Below are positions 1 to 13,199 of a DNA stretch of 64,000 bases, piece after piece. The notes under the pieces were generated by a model that was not told the DNA's origin, did not search any database, and saw only the letters and a program-made list of their open reading frames with translations. The stretch spans positions 43,960,001-44,024,000 of the forward strand of contig NC_087447.1 of NCBI RefSeq assembly GCF_036321535.1, given 5' to 3'. The DNA comes from Camelus dromedarius. Taxonomy: Eukaryota. The translations under genes were made by a program, and so were the position numbers. The first letter of the stretch is position 1. The number at the start of each line of letters is the position of its first letter.

Positions 1-1229
1 ACTTAAACATAAGACAAGATACAATAAACCTCCTAGAGGAAAACATAGGCAAAACATTATCTGACATACATTTCAAAAATTTTCTCCTAGTAGAAATAAA
101 AGCAAGAATAAACAAATGGGACCTAATGAAACTTACAAGCTTTTGCACAGCAAAGGAAACCATAAGTAAAATAAGAAGGCAACCTATGGAATGGGAGAAA
201 ATTTTTGCAAGTGAAACCGACAAAGGCTTGATCTCCAGAATATATAAGCAGCTCATATGACTCAATAAGAAAAAAATAAACCCAATCCAAAAATGGGCAG
301 AAGACCTAAACAAGCAATTCTCCAAGGAAGACATACAAATGATCAAAAGGCACATGAAAAAATGCTCAATATCACTAATTATCAGAGAAATGCAAATCAA
401 AACTACGATGAGGTATCACCTCACACCAGTCAGAATGGCCGTCATTCAAAAATCCACAAATGACAAATGCTGGAGAGGCTGTGGAGAAAGGGGAACCCTC
501 CTACACTGCTGGTGGGAATGCAGTTTGGTGCAGCCACTATGGAAAACTATGGAGATTCCTCAAAAGACTAGGAATAGACTTACTGTATGATCCAGGAATC
601 CCACTCCTGGACTTGTATCCAGAAGGAACCCTACTTCAGGATGACACCTGCACCCCAATGTTCATAGCAGCACTATTTACAATAGCCAATACATGGAAAC
701 AGCCTAAATGTCCATCAACAGGTGACTGGATAAAGAAGATGTGGTATATTTATACAATGGAATACTACTCAGCCATAAAAACTGACAACATAATGCCATT
801 TGCAGCAACACAGATGCTCCTGGAGAATGTCATTCTCAGTGAATTAAGCCAGAAAGAGAAAGAAAAATACCATATGAGATCGCTCATATGTGGAATCTAA
901 AAAACAAACAAACAAACAAAAACAAAGCGTAAATACAGGACAGAAATAGACTCATAGACAGAGAATACAGACTTGTGGTTGCCAGGGGGGCGGAGGGTGG
1001 GAAGGGATAGATTGAGATTTCAAAATTGTAGAATAGATAAACAAGATTATACTGTATAGCACAGGGAAATATACACAAAACGTTATGGTAGCTCACAGAG
1101 AAAAAAATGTGACAATGAGTGTATATGTCCATGTATGACTGAAAAATTGTGCTGAACACTGGAATTTGACACAACATTGTAAAATGATTATAAATCAATA
1201 AGAAATGTTAAAAAAAAAGATAAAAAAAG
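1..1229 (+). mobile_element. LINE-1 3' portion (ORF2 C-terminus, 3' UTR, A-rich tail), camelid-type; runs off the window start
   Basis: ORFs 339-590 and 460-900 give typical L1 ORF2 C-terminal peptides ([67 protein letters not shown]) split by a frameshift near 545. An in-frame stop lies near 258. A 3' UTR and A-rich tail follow at ~1210-1229. Confidence 0.96.
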
Positions 1230-1259
1230 ACAGAAATCAGTCTGGGGTTGAGGGGATGA

Positions 1260-2090
1260 TTTATTCATTCACTTAATATTTGGGCACCTATTATGTTCCA
1301 GAAATTGGCCAATGTACTATAAAGATCATAGTGAACCAGACAGAGAAATAGAGCTTGCATTCTAATGGAGGAAGGCAAACATTAAACAAGTAAGAAAAAA
1401 ATCTATCATATAAGTTCAGATGTGTGTCCTCTGAAGAAAAATAAACCCAGGGGAAAAATAAGTACATATGGGGCCTTTCTGAGAAGGTCTGATGGAGCAG
1501 AGAGACTCAGTGGAGAGAGTGGTGAGCCTTGTGGGACTTCGGGAGGAAGATTTCAGGCAGAAGACCATCTAGAGTAACAGCCAGAAGGATGACTCCAGTT
1601 TGCGGTATGTTGAATTTGAGGTGACTTTGGTCTAACCAGATGGAGACATTCAGGAAGCAGTTAAATATACAGGTCTGAAGCTCAGCAGAGGCTGGGCTGG
1701 AAGGTGGGTTTGGAACCATCAGCATACTGGAGGCTGGAGGGGAAGACTTGGGGTGCAAAAGTGCAAAAAGTGAGAAAGCAGTGGCCAAGCTAGTTAATTA
1801 AGACACATCAACATTTAAGGGACACACAGAAGAATAGAAACCCAGGAAGGAGAAGATGAAGAATGAGATTCCATGTTGCAAAATTCAAGAGAAAAAGAAG
1901 CAGTGATCATCGCTTCAAAAGGAGCGGCACTCCAATAGCTGAAACGTGGCCCGCTGGGAGTAGCAATCAGCAGGACACTGATGACTGTCGTTAAAGCAGC
2001 CTCAGAGGAGTGGTAGGTGTGGGAATTGGATGAAAGTGGTCTGAAGAAGATGAGGAGGAAACCCAGCAAGTATAAGACATCTTTTGAGAA
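1260..2090 (-). mobile_element. L2 LINE remnant
   Basis: Begins with the reverse L2 tail (ttattcattcacttaatatttgggcacctattatg) and continues with purine-rich degenerate L2-like sequence. Confidence 0.65.
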
Positions 2091-4071
2091 GTGAGGCTGT
2101 GAAGAGAGTGAGATCATTCGGAGACGGGCGTTCGGGAGAACATCCACGCTGGCCAAGCCCAGCAGCTGAAGCGTTAGGAGAAGTCAGCCGGGGCAAAGCT
2201 GGCAGCAGGGGTGGGGGTGCCCTGAACTGGAGCGAGGGCCAGACACCCTTTGCCAGCTGGTTTTGTGCAGCCCTGCCTTCTAAGAACGAATTCCAGCCAG
2301 TGACCTGTACTTCACAGGGCAAGGATGGAGCTGTTAGATCACCAAGCATTCCTCACTCCAGTGGATGAGAAGAACATTTAGGAAGCTCTCCCAAATCTGT
2401 GTGAGGGATCAGGTGTGTCGGAAGACACTGTAAGCAAATAAATGATGTTTGTGAGTTGAGGGTCCTGGCCATGAAGAAGGGGTCAGGAAGCCTCTGCCAG
2501 GTGTCCTGAGAAGGTGGCCTCATGTGTGGCTGCTGCCTCCTGTAGGGAAAACTCCTCATTCTTACATGTATACCATAGGGCATCTGCCCCGGAAGTTCAA
2601 AGCCAGGTCCAGTCCTGTGCATCAGGTGGGACGTGAGTGGTGAAGAAAGGGAAAGCCCAAGTAGTGATGGAGACAAGAGCCCAGCTGTGTAGGGAAAAAC
2701 TTACCAAACTAACATCATGAAAATATGAAGGTATGATCAAAGATTACACAATCATGACTGGTGTAAATCACAGAAGCACAGAATTGGTCAACAAATCCTG
2801 AAATACCAGGTTAGAGAGCATGGGAAGAAAAAGAGAGGTCAGGCTTTGAGTAATCAAAGGCAGCTCTGCATAGCCCAGCACGTAATAAACTTATCAGAGG
2901 ACTTTATCTCAAAGGACATACAAGCCAGAAATAAAGATAGATTCCAAACATTTTTAGATAAATTCAGCAATAACAAAACCATGATTGTTTTTCAAATGAA
3001 ATTAGCTGAGTTAGAGACATCTCTCATCTTGGAGATTGAATTTAGGCAGGATAAGACTTTACTTACCACTCATCCCCAAACCCTCATTCATATACTTCCC
3101 TTGGGACCACCATCAGCCCATGTTTCTGGCCAGGGGACTCTCAAAATGGCACTTCTGCTTCTTGGAAAGACGCCAACCCCCAAGTGCCTGTAAACAATTT
3201 CTATGATACCAGAGGCTGAACACTCTCTATTTTATTCTAATTTCCTTCACAGGAAATGCATGCTGGGCTGTCTCCTCCACCTCAATTTTGTTCTTCTTAC
3301 ACTTCGATCCCTCTTGGGATACATATAATTGACCCATCATTACCCCACTATGCACACCAAAATGTAAGGACAGGCAGAAGGACCATAATCATGCCAAAAA
3401 CAGAAAACAAAGACAAAAACAAAACATGCACATACAAGAAAACGGTTGGGAATAACAAAGGCAATCACTATCACAATTTCCAACTAAGATTTGAAATTGC
3501 TTTTTCATTTTAGACCCATATTCACAACTACTACATATCTCAAACACACATATCTAAAACCCAACTCAGTCTCTATCATTCCTTCAACCTGCTCCTTCTT
3601 CCGTATTCTGTATGACCTAGTTGCTTAAGTCAGAAACCTCGGATTTCCTTTATACTTCCCTCCTATTGTACTCCATGCCCTGAGGATTCTATCTTAAAAC
3701 AGATGACTATTACTATTAGGATAAAGTTCAAAGTCTTAAGAAGACCCCTACTTCTCCCTCTGACTTTACCTCTCATCACCACTCTAACCCCCAAATTCAA
3801 CTCCACCAATCCTAAACTCATTCAGGCTCCCCAAGGTCAGGCACCCCTTCAAGTATTAGAGCCTCTGGATATGCTTTCTTTACTAAAAACTCTTCCTCTC
3901 AATGCTCTGCTTGAACTCTCACTTCCATAACATGTCAGAGTTTGTTTATTTCTTCTCCGGGGAAGCCAGTTTTGAGACCACTCGTGCCAGGTTTGAGTTA
4001 GGTGTCCTCCTATGTGCTTCCATAACATACTACACCATCCCTTAATGCACTGAATTGTAACTGCCTGTTTA

Positions 4072-4388
4072 CAATCATCCCTGGGTATCCAAAAGGGGCT
4101 GGTTCTATGACCCCCCCACCAGATACCAAAATCCATGGATGTTCAAGTCCTTTATATAAAATGGGTTCAGTATTTGCATTTAACCTATGCACATCCTTCT
4201 ATACACTTCAAATCATCTGTAGGTCACTTATGATGCCTAACACAATGTAAATGCTATGTAAATAGTTACTGGCCCATACAAATTCAAGTTTCATGTTTTG
4301 GAACTTCCTGGAATTAAAAAGAAAAAATTTCCATGCTCAGTTGGTTGAATCCATGGATGCAGAACCTGCAGATACCGAGGGGCCACTG
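4072..4388 (+). mobile_element. MER2-family (TcMar-Tigger) non-autonomous DNA transposon
   Basis: Imperfect terminal inverted repeats caatcatccctgggtatcc ... gataccgaggggccactg. Internal ataccaaaatccatggatgttcaagtcctttatataaaatgg matches the remembered MER2 consensus. Confidence 0.85.
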
Positions 4389-5415
4389 GACTTGTCTATG
4401 TCCTCCACTAGAAGGTAACCTTCTTGAGGATAGGGACCATGTCTTTCTCCCTCACAACAGCTCCAGCAGCAAGCATAGCGTTCAGCACATGATTGTTTAA
4501 TAATGTAGTAGCTAGATTACATTACCTTCTCACTTATAAAGAGCAGCAGAAAAGAGTCAATAACAAGTTTGGAGGATAAAATGAATCCAAAGGGGATAAG
4601 ATGAAGGAAGAAGATAGAAAACAATGATGGAGTACGGCTCCAGAAGATGGGTGGAAAACAGGAAGAGAGCTTAATGGAAGAAGCAAAAGAAAGCAAAAAT
4701 AAAGGATGGGGTAGGAGTGACTTGAGCAGATTTTTGTGAAACTCAGAAAAATCTTCCCCAAGAGGAATAATAAGGGATCCAGCATTGACTAAGTGCCAGA
4801 CCCTGTCCCAAATCCATGATCTCATTTGTACCTTAAAGTTCCCTTATAAACATCATTATCTCATTTTGCAAATGGGAAAACTGAGACACCAAGAGCTGAG
4901 GTGTCTATCCCTATGTTTTAAAGCTAGTAAGTGGTGAAGCAGTCTTTCAACTCAGTTTACATGGACTGCCCAGGATATATGCTTTGTTCTGGAAGTGTTC
5001 ATGTAGGAAGCATTTAACTGTAGAACAGGTAGATTTGACGGTAAAAAGGGCTCTAAGCACCTAATCTTATAAATGAAGCTGTGACTTATGTTGTTATAGC
5101 TCAGCTCCTGCCTTTTTTCCTTTAAATCTCTATCTTGCAGTTCCTCTGAGAGCAAGCAGAGTATCTGAAGTCAGCAGCAGCCAAAATCCTATGTAGAACT
5201 GAAATCAGGACTATCCATTCCTTCCCAGAGCTCCCCTGGGGAAATGTGTGGCTTGCAGGGGCCGAGGGCACATCTGTACAGTGGTGGTTCTAGCCCACCC
5301 TTTGCTATAGGCTCCAAATGTGGGGATGGGAGTGCTTATTCCACCAATCAGCAGTCCTGGCCCATGCTACAGCCTAGCACTGGCTTTTCCACATTCTAGT
5401 AATACCCCTAAAAAG

Positions 5416-5469
5416 GTAATTTCTGGAAACGCATGGTGTGTAGTAATTTCTGGAAACACATGGTGTGCA
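5416..5469. repeat. 27-bp tandem duplication
   Basis: gtaatttctggaaacgcatggtgtgta followed directly by gtaatttctggaaacacatggtgtgca (2 mismatches). Confidence 0.9.
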
Positions 5470-6884
5470 GTAGATACCAGCCTCAGTTAAGGCACCTATC
5501 AGGACCAAAGGAAAATGCTTCCTACATTGACATTAAAAATGTGCTTGGAGCTAAAATATATATTGTGTTACTTTTTATTGTAAAAAAGGTGTCCTCTATC
5601 TTTTCCCAAACTTCTATAACAACAAAATAGCTTTGTCATGACAACACTCCCAGATGCAAGGGAAGGAAGGCTATTCCTCCACTGAATAAAACTCACATAG
5701 TGGCTATTTTGCCTCAGGTTCCTTCTTTTACATAAGTTTTCCATCCCCAGGTAGAAGCAGAGTCCTTAACAGCAGGGCCCTTGCAGCCTTCCCTCATCTT
5801 CCCCATTTTTTGAATTTCTTAGACTTTGTAGATTATTCTCCACATCTGATGATATAAATATATGTCTTGTGCATATAAACATCAAAACCAATGCTTTCTC
5901 ATGGAAGCAGATTTTTATAAGAAATCAATTTAAACTGATTCAACTTATCATCTAACAGTGGTTACCAAGGATACCAAATAGCCAAAATCACTTGGCTCCA
6001 ACCTGCTTGTTAATCAAGAGATAGTAACAGAAAGTTATGAAGGATTATGGTTATCTAAGTAATCTGGCCAGAAACAATGACCCCCTCCCAATGTCCTGAA
6101 GTCCTGAACTCAGTTAAAAACATTCCAGTCTATAATAACCACTAAAAACATGCAAAGCTTTTCCTGGGGTTTGAAATTCGGCGATTAGTATTTAGGAAAA
6201 TGACCGCTAATGGTTTCACTTTAATTCACTTCCTGATGAAGCATCGAACTGAGAATGGCTACTGATTTGATGTTCTTAACAATCTGAAAGCAGATGATTT
6301 TCACCATGGCAGTTAATTGACTATTCAGGTAATCTAGATGAATCTGTCCTAAATCAAATAACCCATCACTTTACATGTATTAATACAGGGTAGCATCTAA
6401 CAGATGAGCCTAGAATGTACCTTTGAGGGGCAAAGAATTAAAATGAACATATGCAAAACAAATAATGCTCCCTCTTGCTAAAAGGTCAATATGGACTTTT
6501 AAAAAAGTATACGTAAGATTAAACACTGCCTATAATGCATTACTGTATTTTCTAACATTTGGTTAGAAAATAACCAAAGAATTAATACTTTCCAAAAGGC
6601 ACAATGAAGTTTCTCACTGATAGTCATTCATTGCAATTATTTGGTCCCACCTTGTGGTTTGTTTTCATTTTGTTTATCATGCCTTTTGCAAAAGAAAAAA
6701 AAAACTGTAGCTGTTGTGTTTGTCAAAATCCATCAACCTTGTCTTATACAGCTGCTGACCTTGGGGTTGTGCTAAGGAAACTTCATCTACCGAAAATATG
6801 ACAGAAACTGGTAGATGCCACCAATATCTATTTTTCCTTCTTCCAAGAAAAACACAAAACTTAACGTGTATTGGAATGACAATA

Positions 6885-7290
6885 TAAGTCAAAAGACTAC
6901 ATTTCCCAACTTTCCTTGTAGCAAGACCACATTGACTACATTGTGATCAATGAGATGAGAGCACAAGTGCAGAGTGGCATTTCCAGAAAGGTTATTTAAA
7001 AACAACAAGCTCAGGTTGGAGGTAGGGTCTTTTGTCTTTTCCAGGAATGCAAATGTGAGTGCTGGAATTTCAGCAGCCATTTTAGTCCATGAAGTGACTT
7101 TGAGTTAGAAGCCATTCACTAAACAAGGCAAAATAAAAAGACAGAAGGAATCTGGGTCTTATGACTACCTGCAGCCTCCCAGGGCAGCCTGTCTTTAGCT
7201 CTCTCTGCGTAAGAGAATTCTTAAATTTACCATCTATGTTTAAGCCACTGTTACTCTGTTTTTCTGTTATATGCAGAGTATCCTGATGAT
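6885..7290 (+). mobile_element. MaLR (MLT1-type) LTR remnant
   Basis: gactacatttccca..., gctggaatttcagcagccatttt and tgtttaagccactg..ttttctgttatatgcag motifs are typical of old MLT1 LTRs. Confidence 0.7.
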
Positions 7291-7709
7291 AAAATGCCTA
7301 TCTTGTCATCTCCTTTAGATTTTTAGTTTTATTTTTTTGTAAAATTTAAACCACAGAGAAGTGTTTGGGAGTGGAGCAGGAACATAGTGTTTTTATCAGA
7401 TAGTGAGCCAATTATTCCAACACCATTTACCGAATAATCCATTTTCTCCCCCACTGATTTGAACTGCCACCTTTACTAGATACTATATCGCCAAGCTACC
7501 TTGTTTTTGTTCCATTCACTTTTTTGTATGATCTTGATTTTCTCTGAGAAGCAGGAAGTACAGCTATCTGTAGAAAGTTGGGAGTAGAGGCAGAGCTTCA
7601 GAGGAGTGGGAGAAGGGCAAGGAAGAGGCCACATGACAGGGAAGAAGCATCAGGCAGCACCGAGGGCCCAGTTGAGATGAGATTCTCCAGATTACAGCAC
7701 TAGGATCAA

Positions 7710-7930
7710 TGGGGTGGACTTTGCATCCAGAATGCTTGGTTCAAATTCCAGCACCATGACTTACTAGCTGCGTGGAGTCAATCACTAAGTCTGTCTATGC
7801 TTTGGACTCCTCCTCTGTAAAATGGAGATAATACCAGAACATGCCTCAAGGTTGCTGTGTTAAATGAGCTATTATAGGAAAAGCGTAGAACAATATCTGG
7901 CATTAAGTTCTATTATGTATTATCATTATT
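7710..7930 (+). mobile_element. MIR SINE
   Basis: ggttcaaattccagcaccatgacttactagctg...ctcctctgtaaaatggagataata core. Confidence 0.8.
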
Positions 7931-8123
7931 ACTATTTATTAATGATATTACTGGTTATAACGTAACTGTTCCTATCATCAGCAGCATTCTTAACATACTA
8001 AGACAGTGGCTTTTTTGGTTTCCTAAGATATTATCGAGAATAATGTTGTACTGAACCAGATGCTTTTTTGGCATCACTTGAGATGATTGTATTTGTTCGT
8101 TTCTCAAAAAAAGGTATTGCGAA

Positions 8124-8838
8124 TGAGACACAATTTCATACTCACCAAAATGGCTATCATAAAAAAGACAGACAATGACAAATGTTAGCCAGGGCACAGA
8201 GAAACAAGGACCCTCAAACAATACTGATGGGAATGTAAAGTAGTGCAGCGATTTTGGAAAATAGTTTGGCAGTTCCTCAAAATCTTCAACGGTTATCACA
8301 TGACCCAGCAATTCCATTTGTGGCTATACACCTGAGAGAAATCAAAATGTATACCTATGCAAAAACTTGCACCCAAATGTTCTCAGCAGCATTATTCATT
8401 CATAATAGCCCCAAACTGAAAACAATCCAAATATCCACAAACTGATGTACAGATAAATAAAATGTGGAATATCCACGTAATGGAATACTAATCAGTAATG
8501 AAAAGGAAGGAACTAATAACACGTGCTACAAATACGGCTGGACCTCAAACGCAACAGTATGCTAAGTGAAAGGATCCAATTACAGAAGAGATTGCATATT
8601 ATATGATTCCATCTATATAAAATGTCCTGAAAAGGCAAATCTATAGAGACAGAAAGCAGATTAGTGGCCTCCTGGAACTGGGAATGGACATGGTGGATCT
8701 TACTGGGGTGATGGAAATGTTCTAAAACTGATTTATAGTGATGCTTGCACAACTTCATAAATTTACTAAATAATCATCCCTTAAAGTGGGTGAATTATAG
8801 AGTGTATAAAATAAACCTCATAAAGCTATTTTTTTAAA
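8124..8838 (+). mobile_element. Old L1 (L1MB-like) 3' fragment
   Basis: Degenerate ORF2 C-terminus (HDPAIP, CTQMFSAALF) plus 3' UTR (atgattccatctatataaaatgtcc...gatggaaatgttctaaaactg). Confidence 0.85.
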
Positions 8839-9019
8839 TGAGGGAATAACGAGATAAGCTGAGGAAAATGTGTGAAGCTTATGTTACTTATTTTGTGTAA
8901 ACATGGTCAAAAATTATATATATAACAACAACAGCAAAAAATCTCTTAGTGCAATAATAGCTTTACCATTCTTATACTGAGATAAACCCTGCTGGGCTGC
9001 AGTAGATCATTCTTTTAAT

Positions 9020-10680
9020 ACAAAGCTGTGTACGTATGTTACTGTTATTTAACATAGAATTTGTGCATTTATGTGCTTAACTGAGATCAGCATTAAGATT
9101 TTTTTCCTATTGTCTTTGTCAGATTTTATATCAGTATGATACTAGCTTCATAAACTGAACTGGAATGCTTTCTATATTGTTTCTTTGTTACGGAGTAGTT
9201 TTTTTTGTTTTTGTTTTAACATTTTTTTACTGAGTTGTAGTCATTTTACAATGTTGTGTCAAATTCCAGTGTAGAGCACAATTTTTGGAGTAGTTTTATA
9301 AGTATATGAATTGTTAAACCTCTCCAGAGGACAATTTAATAATTTTGTACCCAAATATTTAATGTGTGTAAGCCTGGATCTGGCAATTCTACTTCTAGGA
9401 AAAAAATAGTAGCAATGATTATTTCTGCATAGTAGAAGAGTTGGTGACCTTAATTTTTGTGCTCATTTTAAAAAATGTTTTTTGCAATGAGAAATTAAAA
9501 CAAATCTTCAATGACTATCATGGTTTCAACAAATGAGAGAATGATGCATTACTTGATATTTTGATAGACATGACCTATACACATCTGGGCCTCTAACTTT
9601 TGTGGGGAATAATTCTTGGATTATTTTTCAGTTTCCTCTAAATATTTTTATAGCTGCTCTGAGATGTTTATACCTTCTTCTCAACCCATATTTCCATATC
9701 ACTGGCATATCTGGCATTCTATTATGTTTTTCTATCCCTTCTACATCTATTATTAAATCCCCTTTCTCATTCCTCTTGCTTTATATTCATGTTTTCTCAT
9801 AATTTTTTGTTGGTCAAAATAGCAAATTATTTACTTATTTATAATTCAAAGAAACACATCTTCGTTTTGCTTATTAATACCACTTTTTCTTTGATTTTGT
9901 TTTTTATTTTTCACTTTCTAATTATTAATTTTTTGGGGGGGCGGTTTTACTAATGCTTTGCTCCTACTTTTTTTTGGTTTACTTCACTTTTCTATTTCTA
10001 GGTTCTTACATTTAAAGCTGGTTTATTTATTTTCTATTTCTCTATTTATTTACTATAACAAGTTAAAGTTATGAATTTTCATCTAAATATAGCTTTGGTT
10101 GGACTCTGCAGTTCTGATACAGGTGCTTTCATTTCCATTGTATTTTCAATGTCTATTAATTTTAGTTTCCATTTTTTTTTTTTTAACTCAGGAGACCTCT
10201 TGAAGAGTAGTTTTCAGACGTTTAGGGTTTTGATGTTGTTACTTGTTATTCATTCATTGATGGTTTTATTGCATTACTGTCAGTGAATTTAACCCATAAA
10301 ACTTTGATCTTTTGGAATTAATGTCCCTTTTTTATGGTCTGATCATGTACTGATAAATTTTTTGAAATGTTCCAAGAACACTCTTTTTCTCTTGGTGAGT
10401 AGAAAATTCTGTATTTCATGTAAATCAAACTTTTAATTACATTTTTCTATCCTCTATTTATTAACTTACTTTGTCTATTTGATGTGTCATATATTATTAG
10501 TCAAGTATGGTAGTCACCTACTATAATTCTGATTTTTCTAACCTCTGAAGTTTTAACAAACTTGGTCCTATAGATTTAAATACTGCTTCATTCATTAAAA
10601 GTAAAAGCTTATGCCTGCTACTCTTCACTATTTATTATACTATTTATCAGCCTAAGATAAGTCATATTTAATGACTTTTA
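9020..10680 (-). mobile_element. Highly decayed L1M body fragments
   Basis: Long T-rich tract with L1-like antisense motifs (ttttatatcagtatgatactagcttcataaactgaactgg; ttatgaattttcatctaaatatagctttgg). Confidence 0.55.
9203..9286 (-). mobile_element. ~84-bp 5'-truncated young L1 insertion with 11-bp target-site duplication
   Basis: Reverse complement of the extreme 3' end of the L1 at 1-1229 plus T-rich tail. Flanked by ggagtagtttt at 9192-9202 and 9287-9297. Confidence 0.9.
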
Positions 10681-12490
10681 TGTCACATCCAGGATGTTTA
10701 TTATAGGAATGTTAGTTTAATTAGCATGAGGCTTTGGAAAAAGAGCAGATAAAGACATTATAAAATCCATAGATATTTTGCACTTGTTATTTTAACATAT
10801 TCAATGAAACTATTTCCTCAACATTTAGGAATCAAGTGGTGTACGGCCAACTGTGATCCTCCTCTGACATTTCCCCACGTCCTAAGCTAAATTATTAAGG
10901 GCACTATTTAATGCCCACTTTTCCCCACGTGTTTGCCTGGATCAAACCTGATGACCGCCCGTAGCCCTAAAACATCACCTTTTACTTAAAGACGTGTGCT
11001 ATGGAGCCCTTGTTTTGTGAATCTGTCCAATTTAACTTCCCAGTTCCCACATGCCGAGGTCCTGGGAAGACAGTTGTGATTGAGTTGCTGAAGCGTTAAG
11101 ACAATATAAAAATTAACAAATCAAAAAACCAATGTAATGGAAAAGAGCTGCAATTTTAATCTTTATCAGCCTGCAGAGTGGATCCTCTCAAACTGAACCT
11201 ACAGAGATTAGATTCCCCCCAGAGAAGCCTTCAGTAATCCATACATAAACGGCCTCTACAGCAGCATGAAGTTAGAATCAACGGATGCTTCTACCAACAG
11301 CATTTGGAAGAAAAAAGAAACATTTGGGAGATTTTCTAGTTTTCTTTGTAGACTCTCTGAAATAGATCCCGTAACATGATGAATTTTAGTTCCCTCAAAA
11401 TTAAGGTAATACACACCAAACACTTCCAAAGCCCCAGAAGATGGATGCCCTATAAATTCAGAATATTACAGTGACATTAAATCTTAAGTAGCAGTCACAG
11501 TGGAACAGATTAAAGAAGAGCAAACAACAGTTTTCTCTTTCCCTCTGAAATAATTTGAGAAGACTTTAGGGCTAGCTCAGCTATGCCATCAATTAACACC
11601 CACATTATTAGAAAACATCAAAGTTGAAAATATGTTTAACCTGAGATTTTCTGAGTAAAATGTCCAAAGTTGTTCTAATGTGTCCCTTCATCCATGTCTC
11701 TTTCTTTGTTTCCCAGGTTTTTCTGATGGGAAGTGAACATATTGGTAAAAAGGACTTTATCCTACAGGAATCAAACAACCATATTCTCTAAGCTCAGAGC
11801 CTGGGTAGAGTTTTTACAGAATTTATTTACAGTATGGTTATCCTAAATTAAAAATAAATGATAATAGTACATGCCCAGCTAAAAAGAGGACCATGATTTT
11901 AGTTAGCACCAGGATGCTACAGTTACATCCTACAGCTAAATTTTCAACAGAATTTATTATTAGCTGCACCAACAGCAGCTGTACTTCCTAATAATTTGAG
12001 ATAACTCCCACTGTGGTAAGAATAAAGAAGGATCAATGATAACAGTAAATGCATTTTCATGCTTAGATTTCCTTGCATAATATTTTACAATGGTTTTAGA
12101 CAGATGGTTGGAGCATTTACTTTGACAATGGGGCTGTAAAAAGTAATTTCAATCCATAAAGACTATAAATGCATGTCATTTGCCACCCTGGCTGCACACC
12201 AGACTACACGCAGAGATATTTTAGGTGTCACCATGGAAGATTCTGATTTAGTCAGTATGGGGATAGGGCAGCTGTCTTCAAAAGTTCCTTGATTGATTCT
12301 GATGTGTAGCTGCAACTGAGAATTACTTTCTAAAACTCTTCAAGCTTCTCAGGAGCCTTAGAATTCACCCTTTTCTCACCTTCTTCGACTTCCAGTAACT
12401 TCTTCCCTGTGATCCACCAGTCAACTGCCCTGGACATCTGCATCAGATTCCATAAACATCCTTGAACTTAATGCATTTAAAATTAATCTT

Positions 12491-12884
12491 ACTGAGAAAC
12501 CTTCATACTGTTTTCCACAGTGGCTGCACCAACTTACATTCCCACCAACAGTGTATGAGGGTTCCTGTTTCTCCATACCCTCGCCAACGTTTGTTATTTG
12601 TGTTCTTTTTGATGGTAGCCGTTCTGACAGGTGTGAGGTGTTATCTCACTGTGGTTTTGATTTGCATTTCCCTGATGATTAGCATGCTGAGTGCCTTTTC
12701 ACGTGCCTGTTGTCCACCTGCATGTCCTCTTTGGAAAAATGCCTGTTCAGGTCTTCTGCCTATTTTTTAATAGGGCTGTTTCTTTTTTTGATGTTGAGTT
12801 GTATGAACTGTTTCTACATTTTGGTATTAACCCCTTATTGGCCATACAGTTTGCAAATATTTTCTCCCATTCAGTAGATTGCCT
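12491..12884 (-). mobile_element. L1 ORF2 internal fragment
   Basis: Classic antisense L1 sequence (actgttttccacagtggctgcaccaacttacattcccaccaacagtg...gtggttttgatttgcatttccctgatgattag). Confidence 0.92.
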
Positions 12885-13199
12885 ATATACCCTCTTTTGT
12901 CACTATTTCATTGTCATCCATAAACACAACCCCGCTCAAACACAAACTCCTGTCTCTTCATGCCTGTGCAAACACAGGTGCATGTGGTGGGAGAAAACCT
13001 CACATCTATGCTAGTGGATATCACTTTAAATTCACGAGCACCAATTTCAAGTGGGCGGACAACGTTGCTGGCAGGCTGACTTCCCTAATCCATCCAATCT
13101 CCCACCTCTTGGACTGTCATTTCTACCTTATTGTATTCAAACCTGCACATTTTGTACCCCATTCTCACTCTCAGCTGGTAACCTTGCTGCTTCCTTTCT

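Noticed and set aside
339..900. L1 ORF2 as a functional CDS
   Set aside because: Frameshift near 545 and an upstream in-frame stop make it a dead copy.
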